Assembly (NCBI GenBank): GCA_963514005.1
Contig: OY740800.1
Coordinates: 30,442,001-30,506,000 of the forward strand
DNA: 64,000 nt
DNA from: Raja brachyura
Taxonomy: Eukaryota
Direction: 5' to 3'
The translations under genes and the position numbers were made by a program. A model generated the notes under the pieces. That model had not been told where the DNA came from, did no database searches, and saw only the letters and a list, made by a program, of their open reading frames with translations. Shown piece by piece: positions 1 through 10,561 of the stretch (the stretch's first letter is position 1; each line of letters begins with the position of its first letter).

Positions 1-189
1 AGCAGCATCACAGGCACATACACTCAAAGAGCACACACAACATAAATAATACATCAATTATACAAGAGAGTGAAAAGAAAAAGACTACAGAAAACAAGAC
101 AAAAGTGAAAAAGACAATTAAAAAACACGTTCATAACAGTGCAAGAGATGGTCTGTAGATTTCCATGGTCAAGGTACGGTTAGGGTGTG

Positions 190-592
190 CAGGTCAGTTC
201 AAGATCTTGACGGCTGAAGGACAGTAGTTGTTCCTGAACTGGTGTGTGAGTTAAAGCTTCTGTACCTCCTGCACAATGGCAGCAGGCAGAAGATGGCATG
301 GCCTGAAGGCTGGGAATCAATGGTACATGCTGCCTTCTTACCGCAGCTCCTTATGTAAACGTTTTTGCTGGTGGGGAGGGCTGTGCCCATGATAGACTGG
401 GTTGAGTCCACCACTCTCTTGTGATCTTGGGCGTTGGAATTGCCGTACCAAACCATGATCCAACCAGTCAGGATACCTTCTACACTGTCTGCAGAATTTG
501 TTATTTGGTGACAATACAAATCTCTTTAAACTCCCAGGTAAGTAGAGGCTGTGGCATGCCTTCTTTGTGATTACATCTGTGTGTCCAGCCAA
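190..592 (-). mobile_element. Degraded Rex1/Babar-like non-LTR retrotransposon fragment (3' part of ORF)
   Basis: Minus-strand translation gives EGILTGWIMVWYGN...RRYRSFNSHTS and VITKKA..LY.., typical of the C-terminal region of Rex/L2-type RTs. Frameshifted; boundaries approximate. Confidence 0.65.
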
Positions 593-619
593 AATGGGTC
601 AAAGTTAGTCTCTCTATAT

Positions 620-1045
620 CAGAGTTTCTCAACTGAGGTTCCCCGGAACACCAGGGTTCCGCGAGAGGTCGCTAGGGGTTCCGAGAGAAATAGTGATATA
701 TAGGCTAATCACATGTAAATGTAAATCATACGTAAATACATTTTAAAGTCATTTTTGTGTTTAATTTCATATTCTTAATTTTATTAGACACGTACGGCAT
801 ATTCTTGGAAAAAGTTAATGAAGTCTTCAACCTGTTATATCGTTTAAAAGTATATTAATCATAGGGATTATATTTAGCGATGTCTATATCTGAAAAATAT
901 ATAATGTTTTCCTTATGAACTTTAAGTTTATGAAAGAGAAAGAAAGAGATGGATAAAGATATATAATCATTTTTATGTAAGGGTTCCCTGAGACATGAAA
1001 ATGATTTCAAGGGTTCCGCAGGGGTAAAAAGGTTGAGAAACACTG
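620..1045. mobile_element. Non-autonomous hAT-type DNA transposon (MITE)
   Basis: Termini CAGAGTTTCTCAACT (620) and GGTTGAGAAACACTG (1031-1045) are imperfect inverted repeats. The 8-bp flanks CTCTATAT / CTCTGTAT match 7/8, as expected for a hAT TSD. AT-rich non-coding interior. Confidence 0.8.
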
Positions 1046-1075
1046 CTCTGTATTAAGATGCTTCGCTTCCTACAG

Positions 1076-1235
1076 GCAGTTCATAGAGGTGGTGCACGAG
1101 ATGTATCTCCCGGCAGAGGAGAAAATCAAACGTCACTCAGTCCTGGCAGATTTCTTCAAGGGCACATGGAGCCAAGGGAAAAGAAAGAGCATCACACTCC
1201 CACAGCTCAATGAGACACTGCTTGCAGACAGAAAG
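1076..1235 (+). CDS. NWD1: NWD1 (NACHT and WD repeat domain-containing 1), internal coding exon; first in window
   Basis: AG at 1074-75, GT at 1236. Encodes QFIEVVHEMYL...RHSVLADFFKGTWSQG...DRK, resembling vertebrate NWD1 (recalled). Phase fits the next exon. Confidence 0.9.
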
Positions 1236-1691
1236 GTAACATTTATTCATTATCGGAGAGGGTGCCACAGGGCAAGGTTGACCTTTACTGTCCATATCGT
1301 CTTCCTCCCGAGTTGCCCACCATCGCTGAAGTTGGTCTCTAGCTAATTTGATTCACTGTATCAAAGAGCAGCTGAGAGCACTTGGTGCAGCAAAGACTAT
1401 AGGACCTGTCAACATCCCAGCTGTAGGATGAAGACAATAGGGGCTGTAGAATATAATTGCTGGATCTTCCGGTGTTCTGTTTTCTACCCCAGCGGTAGTA
1501 TTGATGACCTGCGCTCCAGGCACATAGATGCCTCCTGTTACCTTACCCATTGTGCAGGATCGGTTTAAGAGTGTTCACAATTTGGGCCAGTGTTTCAAGC
1601 GTGTGCTCTTTGCAGGAATGGTCATCAAGCAAGACTGGATACCACTTGTAGAATGAGGTAACAAAATGCATTGGATGTGCTCTTGCCCTAG

Positions 1692-1809
1692 GTCACTGCG
1701 CAACCTCTGAAATTTGGGGATGATGTCATGAACCTACGAAAACTGAGTGAACTGCCGTACCACTTGGTTAATGCTGGTTGCATTGATGAGCTGAAACAGG
1801 AGGTTCTGG
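1692..1809 (+). CDS. NWD1: NWD1 coding exon
   Basis: ctag|GTC...CTG G|gtaag; VTAQPL...NLRKLSELPYHLVNAG..DELKQEVLG. Confidence 0.92.
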
Positions 1810-1880
1810 GTAAGGATGGGTTTACACGGGTGGTGTGTGCAAGCACCTTGCTTCTTACTACCTTATTGGTTTATTATATG

Positions 1881-2160
1881 ATACGATACGATAGAACTTT
1901 ATTTATCCCAGGAGGGAAATTGATCTGCCAACAGTCATAAAAACCCAGAATATACAAAACACAAAATACGTGAAACATGAAATTAAAGTGACGAGTGGAA
2001 AGGCTTGGGGATATGCAAAAATTGGAGATGGGGGAGGGGGGGGGGGGGGGGGGAGTCAGTCTCAGTCTATCCCACCACAGAAGGGGGAGGAGTTGTATAG
2101 TTTGATGGCCACAGGGAAGAAGGATCTCCTGTGGCTTTCGGTCCTGCATCTTATTGTTGC
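1881..2160 (-). mobile_element. Rex1-like LINE 3' end fragment
   Basis: Minus strand encodes RCRTESHRRSFFPVAIKLYNSS, followed by a 3' UTR with AATAAA and a short (TCGTA)n tail. Confidence 0.65.
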
Positions 2161-2789
2161 CGAGATACTGTGTACCGAGATACTGTGAAAAAGTTTGTTT
2201 TGCGTGCTATCCAGGCATTCATTCATCCATGAATACCCCAGGCGGTACAGAAGAGAAAACAAACAGTGTGTGGGATATAGTGTTGCAGCTATAGGTGAAG
2301 TGTAAATTACAAAATGTGCAAGGGCTGCAACAAGATAGATTGTAAGACCAGGAATTCATCCCCAATCACTGTTACAGAACTGTGCATGAACATGAAGTAC
2401 CGGTTTGAGGTTTGAATGGTTTTGAGCAGAGTTATCAACAGGCTTCATGCAATCCATCAGTGACTATACTTAAAAGGTTATCCACTGCTCTGATGCGTAT
2501 TTGACCTTATGAGATCTTTGAGCGCAATTAGAATATAATCTAAGAGGCATAAGTACATAAACAGCTTAGTGGAACACACTAATTCAGAAATAATAGCTTG
2601 TTTGAGATGGGATATTGTTTCAATGAAATAGCAGCCATTTAGACATGATGCAGAGAATCCCTGGAGTGTAGATGATCATCCTTTGCAAGTGACGAAAGGT
2701 TTATGTTCAAAGAGCATCAAAACAGGTTCTGTGGTTTACCAAGCCTTTATTCTTCTCAGACTCCCATTAACTCCCCCCAATTCTACACT

Positions 2790-3000
2790 AGAGGCCATAT
2801 ATAGCAGCCAATTAACCTACCAACTTGCATGTCGTTGGGACATGGGAGGAAAATACAGCATCCGGAGGAAACCCACTGAGGCAGAGGGAGAACGTGCGAA
2901 CTCCACACTGACAGTACCCGAGGTCAGGATTGAACAGGTCGCTGGGGATGTGAGGCAGAAGCTCGACAAGCTGTGCATTGTGCCGTCCAGTATGCCACCC
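2790..3000 (-). mobile_element. tRNA-derived V-SINE/HE1-like SINE, degraded
   Basis: Similar to the better copies at 11697 and 47050 (ccaattaacctac...gaaaccca...aactccacac...aggattgaac). Confidence 0.6.
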
Positions 3001-3304
3001 CTTGTTTATTTACGCCCCATGCCTTCATTTCCATGGTTTGCATGTTTATTGAGAAGAATGGTAATAACTCCAGTAAAACTTTAAGCTTCTTTCTTTGATC
3101 TGGCATTACCATGTGAATGTCTGTTAAATTTCCTTGGTGCCCTGTACCAATATGCAGTCTCTGCATAACTCAGCGTGTTCATTGGTCTCTCCAGAACTCC
3201 AAAGGTGATATTTTCCACGTTACTCTTTTAACTGCTACACCTATGTCTGATATTATTATGCAACATTATGTTGTACTTACATCTCTGGTTATTTGATTTC
3301 TCAG

Positions 3305-3469
3305 GGAATATAGAATGGATTGTTTGCAAAGTGCAAGCCACAGGAATGAAGAGTTTGCTGGAGGATTTTTATGCTTGCACCAGGAAAGTTGATTGTCCTG
3401 ACGTGCAACTTGTTCAAGATGCACTGTTACTCATCTGGCCAACAGTAAACTTCATGGAGAATGATATAG
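3305..3469 (+). CDS. NWD1: NWD1 coding exon
   Basis: tttctcag|GG AAT...ATA G|gtaag; NIEWIVCK...LLEDF...VQLVQDALLL. Confidence 0.9.
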
Positions 3470-3900
3470 GTAAGAACAATTGTGGATAATAGATTGGATA
3501 ACCGCAGCGATTGAGAACGCAGGATTGTGTTGTCTTTGAGATTGCAGCTAGCATTTTCAAAACATTCAGACACATGGTAGGCGTAGTCTGAGAGAATAGG
3601 TCACCTCTTCTAAGATGAATGGAATGGCTTAACTCTTCTATTGGGAAATGGGGCACATGATAATGCTGGAATGGAATGAGTTAACACGCGCATTGGGAAG
3701 GAGGTGACATTAAATGCTGAGGGTCAGGATTTCCCAGCTTGCTGCATGGAGTTCAACTTGTGGTGCTAAAGTAGAGACGAGGTGCTGCCTGGGTTGGAGC
3801 TGGTGTCATGGACCCTGAATATAGTGTATATACAGGCCAGAATGTAAAATGACTATGGCAATCTTAAACACAGCCTGTCATCGTGTATTTTTCTTTGCAG

Positions 3901-4095
3901 ATCATCGTGTTCTATACCTGGAGGTCTTGGCTCGCCTTGATTTCTTCAAGGGCTCTTACCCAATGATTGATGAGCTGTGCCAACAGTGCAGGGAATGGTG
4001 TGCACTGTGCCCTGACCCCACCTTTACTCCACTGTGCGGCTTCTTCCAGCCTCCAGGTGGCCCACTCTGTACAACACTCACTGGTTTCAGGAAAG
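3901..4095 (+). CDS. NWD1: NWD1 coding exon
   Basis: ttctttgcag|AT...AAA G|gtatc; LYLEVLARLDFF...LCQQC...GFFQPPGGPL.TTLTG. Confidence 0.92.
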
Positions 4096-4492
4096 GTATC
4101 GTCACCTTCTGTTTTATGACATTATTAGAGAGTGTCTGGAGTTCAATGGCCTCTCAAACTCTTCCCTTCATCCAGTTCCCTTCATCCTGTCCTCTTCCTC
4201 CCACCTCAATCTCCTCTCCTCAACCCCCTCCTCACAGCCCTGTTCCCTCCCAACTCCCTCTCAACCAGTCCCCTCCCCCAACCCCCTCTCTCCCAAAATG
4301 TCACAGACTTTGCATGAACTGATGTAATATTTCTAGTTTGTTATTCCCTTGTTAAAAACACTCTTGTAGCTTTTGGAAAGCGCTACAAACGATTGCCTGG
4401 AAATTGGATTGCTCTGATAATGTGCTGGGAGGTTAACTTCCCACCGACATGTGCAGCATTTGGAAAGATATTAATTCAACTTCTGTTCACAG

Positions 4493-4615
4493 GTATCAGT
4501 GTAATGGAGCTAAGCACTGACTGCACGGTGCTGATGGCAGGTTCACTGGATGGACTGATGATTGTATGGAATCTGCAGGATATTGAAATGATCCACACTA
4601 TGACAGGTCATTTTG
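4493..4615 (+). CDS. NWD1: NWD1 coding exon (WD40 repeat)
   Basis: ttcacag|GT ATC...TTT G|gtgag; LMAGSLDGLMIVWNL...MTGH. Confidence 0.92.
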
Positions 4616-5102
4616 GTGAGGCAGAGCTTCTCTTAAAGGTTTTATTGTGACCTTAAATCAAATAAGAACAAACCGTTTATACGTTAATACAGTCAGCAAA
4701 TAATTTATAACATTGACAGCTTTACCATTGGAGTACAGGTATATATACTGTAGGTCTGCTATAACACGATAATTGTGTTTCTCAGAAACCTCACATTATA
4801 GAAAACTGTATTACATAAATAATTCTGTCAATGGTAAAATACGGGGTGGGGGCGGGGGGGTTGAGGTTCTGGGATTTTCAGACTCACAGTAATCAAATTA
4901 TTTTACCTGCAGGTTTTTCAAAAATAAAGGGCTTTTCAATAGTCATAAATCTATTTTTGTTACTACAAACTAAAACATGAGACACGGTGTGTTACATTGT
5001 TTAATCGAGTACCATTGCACGTGGGCCTATATAAATGTTGACTGGTCAATTTCAAAAGCCACCTGCAGTAAAACTGACAGATCATGTTCTTAAGTCCTGA
5101 CA

Positions 5103-5362
5103 TCCTGGGATGTCAGGACTTTCATATGAGGAAAGACTGGTTAGACTCGGCTTGTACTCGCTAGAATTTAGAAGATTGAGAGGAGATCTTATAGAAACGT
5201 ACAAAATTCTTAAGGGGTTGGACAGGCTAGATGCAGGAAGATTGTTCCCGATGTTGGGGAGGTCCAGAACAAGGGGTCACAGTTTAAGGATAAGGGGGGA
5301 TTCCTTTAGGACCGAGATAAGGAAAACATTTTTCATACAGAGAGTGGTGAGTCTCTGGAATT
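5103..5362 (+). mobile_element. CR1 LINE 3' fragment, left half (interrupted by DIRS)
   Basis: GLSYEERL.RLGLYSLEFRRLRGDLIETYKIL...TRGHSL...FFIQRVV.LWN; near-identical to the copy at 61853-62385. Confidence 0.9.
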
Positions 5363-5386
5363 TCATTTCGGAGTCACGTGAGTGAC

Positions 5387-5422
5387 TTCGTGAAGAGCCC
5401 GCCGGCGCGCATGCTCGACATA
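5387..5422 (+). repeat. DIRS left inverted terminal repeat core (36 bp)
   Basis: TTCGTGAAGAGCCCGCCGGCGCGCATGCTCGACATA is the exact reverse complement of 10562-10597. Confidence 0.95.
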
Positions 5423-5538
5423 TCGTCGTAACGCGTTGTTGCGACGGCTGGCGGTGGAGCGCGCTCCTCGCCAGCCCTTCATAAGGGGCCACGGAGGTAA
5501 GTATTCTACCTTTAGTTGGTGGTCCTTGTTGTCTGGTT

Positions 5539-7296
5539 ATGTCTTGCAGCAAGGACATGGATGGGAGTTCGAAGGGCCGGAGGATGTCAGGACGAGTTCG
5601 CCGGTCAACAGTTCCGGGGCCGTTACCATCGGCAGTACCTGCAGCGCAGGCCGGGACTCAGGCGGAGATGTGGGTAAGCCCTGTGTTCACAGGTCCAGAT
5701 CCGCCAGCACACCACAGCTCGGAGGAGTTCGACGAGGAGGAGTGTGGTGTGCCGCCAGAGCAGGGGGACCCTGCCATGGCAGTCAGGTCGTCAGCGGGCT
5801 CGCTGGCGGCCTCGAGCAGGGCACGTGCCGTTGCACGGCCTGTTCCACTCAGCCCACCGAGAAGGGGGAGGGCAGGAGCCCAGAAGCCTAACCCTGTTAG
5901 GGCTAAGGCATTGCCTGTCGCGGAGGAGCGGTCAGGTTCCAGGGCGAGACCCGGGGCGGCTGTGAGGTCCAGCCGGCACACCCCGACTCTCGACGCCGGG
6001 ACGGGTCGGTCGAGTCGGGTCTCGTCACGGTCGCCGAGCCCCCCATGGATGGGTGGGCGAGACCATGCGTCGGCAACGTCCACGATGTGGGCAGCCGGCA
6101 AGACTGCGCGGGCCCCAGGCAGCCATGCTTCGGCTGGTGCCGACACCTCGCCGCAAGTGCCCTTAGTGGCAGCGGCTTCAGCTCCCGCTAAACGGAGGCG
6201 GTTGAACACGCCCGCGCAGGAATCGCGCAGTTTCGCCTCGGCGGCTGTTAGCGACAACTACCGGCACCGGCAGGGCCTCGACGAGGTGCGGGCCGATGAC
6301 AGGAGCCCGGTTTTCTTTTCAGAGCCGGAGGACTCCGACCACCTGAGTGTTCAGGGTGAAGGGCGTATTGACCGTATGGAGCGGCTGCTGGAGCTCCTGC
6401 TTCAACGTCAACAACAGCAGGGCAGCAACAGGCACAGGGCGTCTTCACCAACATCTACTATCAGCCTGGAGCAGCAGGAGGAGGAGGTTCTGGTGCATCC
6501 TGCACCACCTCCGTTGGAGGTGCCAGCGGAGGAACTCTTGGACGTGGCGACCAAATTCGCGGCCCCACATACGGCTGGTCTTCCTCTAAATACAAAGCTG
6601 GCAGCCACAGTGGACTTTCTCAATAATCAGGTGCTGCAGGAAGAAGTCCTCATCCAGGCTATGAGCCGTCACAAGGCTCCATCAAACTGCAACTCCCTCA
6701 ACGTGCCTGTGGTCAATACGCCAATATGGGGCAACATCAGTGCGGCTATCCGTCAACAGGAGCTAAAATTGCAGCGGATCCTGAAACTCCTCACGGCCGG
6801 TATTACCGCCTTTGCGCGGTCGGTGGACGGGGACGAACTGAATTTGGACCAGGAAGATGCTCTGGCCTTATTGTGCGCGACCCAGCACGAAATCAACGGG
6901 TTTCGCAAAAACAGCATCCGCCCAGCACTCAACCCGAAGTTTGCAGGATTGTGCAAACCACCGCCGCCGCCGCCGCCCCGTCAGCTCTTTGGTGAGGACC
7001 TCTCGAAGAGAGTCAAAGAGCTTGACGAACAAGCCAAAACGGTGGGGATCATGCGCTCTCAGAGTGCCCCCACACCGTCAGGCTCAAAAGCTCCATACAT
7101 TCGCTCACGAGGGTCGGCCAGTGCCTCGACGAGGACTCGCCCTCTAGCTCCACAACGACAACAGCACCAGAACCAGCACCAAGGGTCTTTTTTAGGACAG
7201 GGTCGGCAGAGACCTTTGTGGAAATCGAAGACGCCGCGCCCTCAAGCCAACCCAGCACCTCCACGGCCACCCACACGTGTCAAGGACCGCCGGTAA
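5539..7296 (+). CDS. DIRS ORF1, gag-like protein (585 aa)
   Basis: Open ORF in the gag position. Low-complexity S/R/P/A-rich N-terminus; DIRS-gag-like core (VPVVN..IW...LKLQ...DALALL...LFGEDLSKRVKEL). The ATG at 5557 has the better Kozak context. Confidence 0.85.
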   Translation: MSCSKDMDGSSKGRRMSGRVRRSTVPGPLPSAVPAAQAGTQAEMWVSPVFTGPDPPAHHSSEEFDEEECGVPPEQGDPAMAVRSSAGSLAASSRARAVARPVPLSPPRRGRAGAQKPNPVRAKALPVAEERSGSRARPGAAVRSSRHTPTLDAGTGRSSRVSSRSPSPPWMGGRDHASATSTMWAAGKTARAPGSHASAGADTSPQVPLVAAASAPAKRRRLNTPAQESRSFASAAVSDNYRHRQGLDEVRADDRSPVFFSEPEDSDHLSVQGEGRIDRMERLLELLLQRQQQQGSNRHRASSPTSTISLEQQEEEVLVHPAPPPLEVPAEELLDVATKFAAPHTAGLPLNTKLAATVDFLNNQVLQEEVLIQAMSRHKAPSNCNSLNVPVVNTPIWGNISAAIRQQELKLQRILKLLTAGITAFARSVDGDELNLDQEDALALLCATQHEINGFRKNSIRPALNPKFAGLCKPPPPPPPRQLFGEDLSKRVKELDEQAKTVGIMRSQSAPTPSGSKAPYIRSRGSASASTRTRPLAPQRQQHQNQHQGSFLGQGRQRPLWKSKTPRPQANPAPPRPPTRVKDRR

Positions 7297-9217
7297 CCAC
7301 GGAGGTGAGGGGGTCTGGTTCTCTCTTTTCTCTCTGTTTAACTTCCCATGTTGGTGGTCGTTTACGGTTGTTTTTGGATGCATGGGGTAATTTTACTGGT
7401 GATGAGTATGTGTTGCGGAATATTCAGGGGCATAAAATTGAGTTTATTAATGGCGACATTCCTCCATCCCAGCACATGCCTGGTCGTACGTTCAAATTGT
7501 CTGCTGCAGAACAGGCAGCAGGTTGTAAGGAAATTTTAAGTCTGGAACAGAAGGGTGTGATTGAGAAAACGGTGCATGAGCCAATCGAATTTGTTTCGAA
7601 CATATTTACTAGACCTAAGAAGGATGGAGGCTGTTGTGTCATTATTGATCTAACCCGTTTGAATACGTTTGTAACATATACTCATTTTAAAATGGATACG
7701 TTTGAAACAGCCAAATCATTGATTTCTCATGGCTGCTTTATGGCATGCATTGATTTGAGGGATGCATATTATTCAGTATCCATCCAGAAATATGATAGAA
7801 GTTTTTTGAAATTTATCTGGATGGGGCAACTTTGGCAGTATTAGGCTTTGCCTAATGGGCCCCTAGATTGTTCACTAAATTGGTGAAGCCAATCATGGCT
7901 TATTTGAGACAACGACATCATATAGTTATGGCCTATTTAGATGATGTCTTTATTGTGGGCCACACCCTGCAATTGGCTGAACAGGGTGTTGCAGCTGCTG
8001 TCAATATATTTCAACAATTAGGATTCATTGTCCATCCAGAGAAATCGAAGTTCTGCCCTGCCCAGGTAATTAATTACCTAGGGTTCACGGTGAACTCAAT
8101 GAGCATGAGGATAACTATACCAATTAACAAAATTGAGGAAGTCACTAAGGTGTGCAGAGATTTAATTGGCACCAATATACCATCGATTCGGCATACAGCC
8201 ACAGTAATTGGCAAGCTAGTGGCTTTGTTTCCGGCAGCACGATATGGACCTTTGCATTATCAGAATTTGCAAAGAGCTAAAATTACTGCGTTAAAACGGA
8301 ACGCTGGTCATTACGATCGATCACTGCAGCTGCCGGCCGAAGCGATAACTGAGTTGCAATGGTGGGTGTGTCACATTAGCAACTCATTTAAGCCTGTCAG
8401 GGAGGCTAATCCGGTGGTATATTTACAGACTGATGCAAGCTCCAATGGCTGGGGAGCTACTGATAATTGCTCTAGTTGTGGGGGCAGATGGGACACCCTT
8501 GAGGCATCGATGTTGTTGACTCAAGGGATTAACTATTTGGAGTTGCTGGCAGCATTCCACGGACTTCGTGCATATTGTGCCAAGCTTGTTGGAGCACACG
8601 TCCGTCTCCAAATAGACAACACCACAGCTGTGGCATATTTAAACCATATGGGTGGTACCAGGTCAGTTTCGTGTGACAAATTGGCTAACTCAATTTGGCT
8701 CTGGTGTGTTCAAAGAGACATTTGGATTTCAGCTACCTATTTGCCAGGTGAGCTTAATACTGTGGCGGACACCAGGTCATGCAAATTTAACGACAACATT
8801 GAATGGATGTTGCATCCTGAGATTTTTTCTAAAGTCACAGCCAAATTTGGTAAACCGGACATTGACCTTTTTGCGTCACGGTTGAACCATCAGGTACCAG
8901 CCTACGTTTCATGGGAACCAGATCCTGGGGCAATAGCGCTAGATGCATTCTCGCTGGACTGGGGGAATTGGTTTTTCTATGCCTTCCCTCCGTTTTGCCT
9001 CATCAGTCGGGTATTGCAAAAGATTCAGGCAGATGCTGCCAAGGGCATCCTTATTATACCCGACTGGCCCACGCAGCCTTGGTATCCGGTGGTCTTTGAC
9101 ATGCTCAACGAACCTTGGGTCCTTTTGAAGGGTTGCCCACAATTGGTTACTCACCCTGTCTCAGGGGAGCCACATCCCTGCCATGGCTATTTAAATTTGT
9201 TGGCTTGCAGGTTCTGA
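7218..9217 (+). pseudogene. DIRS pol (reverse transcriptase, RNase H, adenine-methyltransferase-like domain), disrupted
   Basis: RT motifs PKKDGG, IDLRDAYY, YLDD; RNase H TDAS..GWGA, INYLELLA, DNTTAVAY; MT-like DLFAS and YAFPPF. In-frame TAG at 7842-44 and a frameshift at about 7860. Confidence 0.92.
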
Positions 9218-10194
9218 ACAGGCCGTTAGTCCAATACGGCCTCTCGGCTCGGACCATGGATACCATCGGGGCGTCGTGTCGAGAGTCCACAAGGCGAAGA
9301 TACCGCTCGCATATTAAGAAGTGGGAAGCCTACTGCAGCCGCTCTCACATCACGTACGATGACGTGACAATAACCGATGTCCTGGAATTCCTCGCGGGGT
9401 TGCACCATGATGAACACTTAAGTTACAGTGCCATCAACAGCGCCAGAAGTGCACTATCATTCTACCTCAAGATTGGGGTAGGATCCAACAGGCTAGTGTC
9501 CAGACTCATGCGGGGTATATTCAATATGAATCCGCCTACACCACGCTATAATATCACCTGGGATGTCAGGGACGTATTAACCCTGCTCAGGACGTGGTCT
9601 CCCATGGAAGGGCTCCAACTGGACCAACTCACCATGAAGCTGGTGATGTTACTAGCGCTGACTTCAGCTCAGAGGGTACAGACACTACACAAACTTCGTG
9701 TCGACAGAATGACATCTACCCCTACAGAAGTAGTCTTTTTCATTGACGAGCTACTAAAGCAGCATAGACCTGGGTGCACAGGGCTGCAGCTGAAGTTCCC
9801 GGCATACCCCGCAGATGCTAGGCTATGTTTAGCCTCACATATCCGCCACTATGTCAAGGTGACGGCACGCATCAGAGGAATGGAGAGATACCTGCTTGTC
9901 ACTCATAAGAGACCTCATCATCGAGTGACAGTCCAGATGATATCCAGGTGGCTTCGAGTCGTCTTGGGTAAGTCAGGTATCGACATTAATGTGTTCAAGT
10001 CTCATTCCACCAGGGCTGCATCGACGTCAGCGGCGAGGGTCATGGAGGTGCCCATGGACCAAATTCTCGCCACAGCAGGATGGGCGAATGAAGCTGTGTT
10101 CCAGCGTTTTTATAACAAGCCTGTTGCTGCTCCTCTACAGTTCGCAGAAGCCGTGCTGAATGCAGGTCAAGAACGTGGAGATGTCACCGCATGA
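9115..10194 (+). CDS. DIRS tyrosine recombinase; likely start ATG 9256
   Basis: Open frame with YR catalytic set: AQR, LLKQ, HSTR, AGW, FQRFY. The first ATG in frame (9256) is in ACCATGG context. Confidence 0.93.
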   Translation: MGPFEGLPTIGYSPCLRGATSLPWLFKFVGLQVLNRPLVQYGLSARTMDTIGASCRESTRRRYRSHIKKWEAYCSRSHITYDDVTITDVLEFLAGLHHDEHLSYSAINSARSALSFYLKIGVGSNRLVSRLMRGIFNMNPPTPRYNITWDVRDVLTLLRTWSPMEGLQLDQLTMKLVMLLALTSAQRVQTLHKLRVDRMTSTPTEVVFFIDELLKQHRPGCTGLQLKFPAYPADARLCLASHIRHYVKVTARIRGMERYLLVTHKRPHHRVTVQMISRWLRVVLGKSGIDINVFKSHSTRAASTSAARVMEVPMDQILATAGWANEAVFQRFYNKPVAAPLQFAEAVLNAGQERGDVTA

Positions 10195-10335
10195 GGGGTT
10201 TTCATTTGTTATTAATAAATATGCTCTTGTTTTGCAGTATGAACTATTGAGCAAGTTTGTTCCTCCCATCCATCCCTGGTAGTGGTGTGTCAGCATGGAC
10301 GTGGTCCAGGGCGTGTAATCACAGAAGCTTTGAAG

Positions 10336-10448
10336 TCTTCACGAAGTCACTCACGTGACTCCGAAATGAAATAGTAAGATTGAACGAGAACTTACCAGTT
10401 CGAAGGTTGATCTTTATTTTATGAGGAGTCGAAGTGAGGGATTTCGTG
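10336..10448 (+). repeat. DIRS internal complementary region (ICR)
   Basis: 10336-10372 is the reverse complement of 5360-5396; 10370-10448 is the reverse complement of 10592-10670. No mismatches seen. Confidence 0.95.
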
Positions 10449-10561
10449 CCCTCCTCGCCCAACCCTCAATCACCTTCATCTGGTAATCTTAGTCAATTCA
10501 ATCATACTATGCGAAGTCATTTCTATTGTTGGTTCTGTGATTCCACGCCGCTACTTTGAAG

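Noticed and set aside
5658-6257. 199-aa antisense ORF (and the 151-aa ORF 5436-5891) in the DIRS gag region
   Set aside because: Expected by-products of GC-rich sequence; no recognisable motifs
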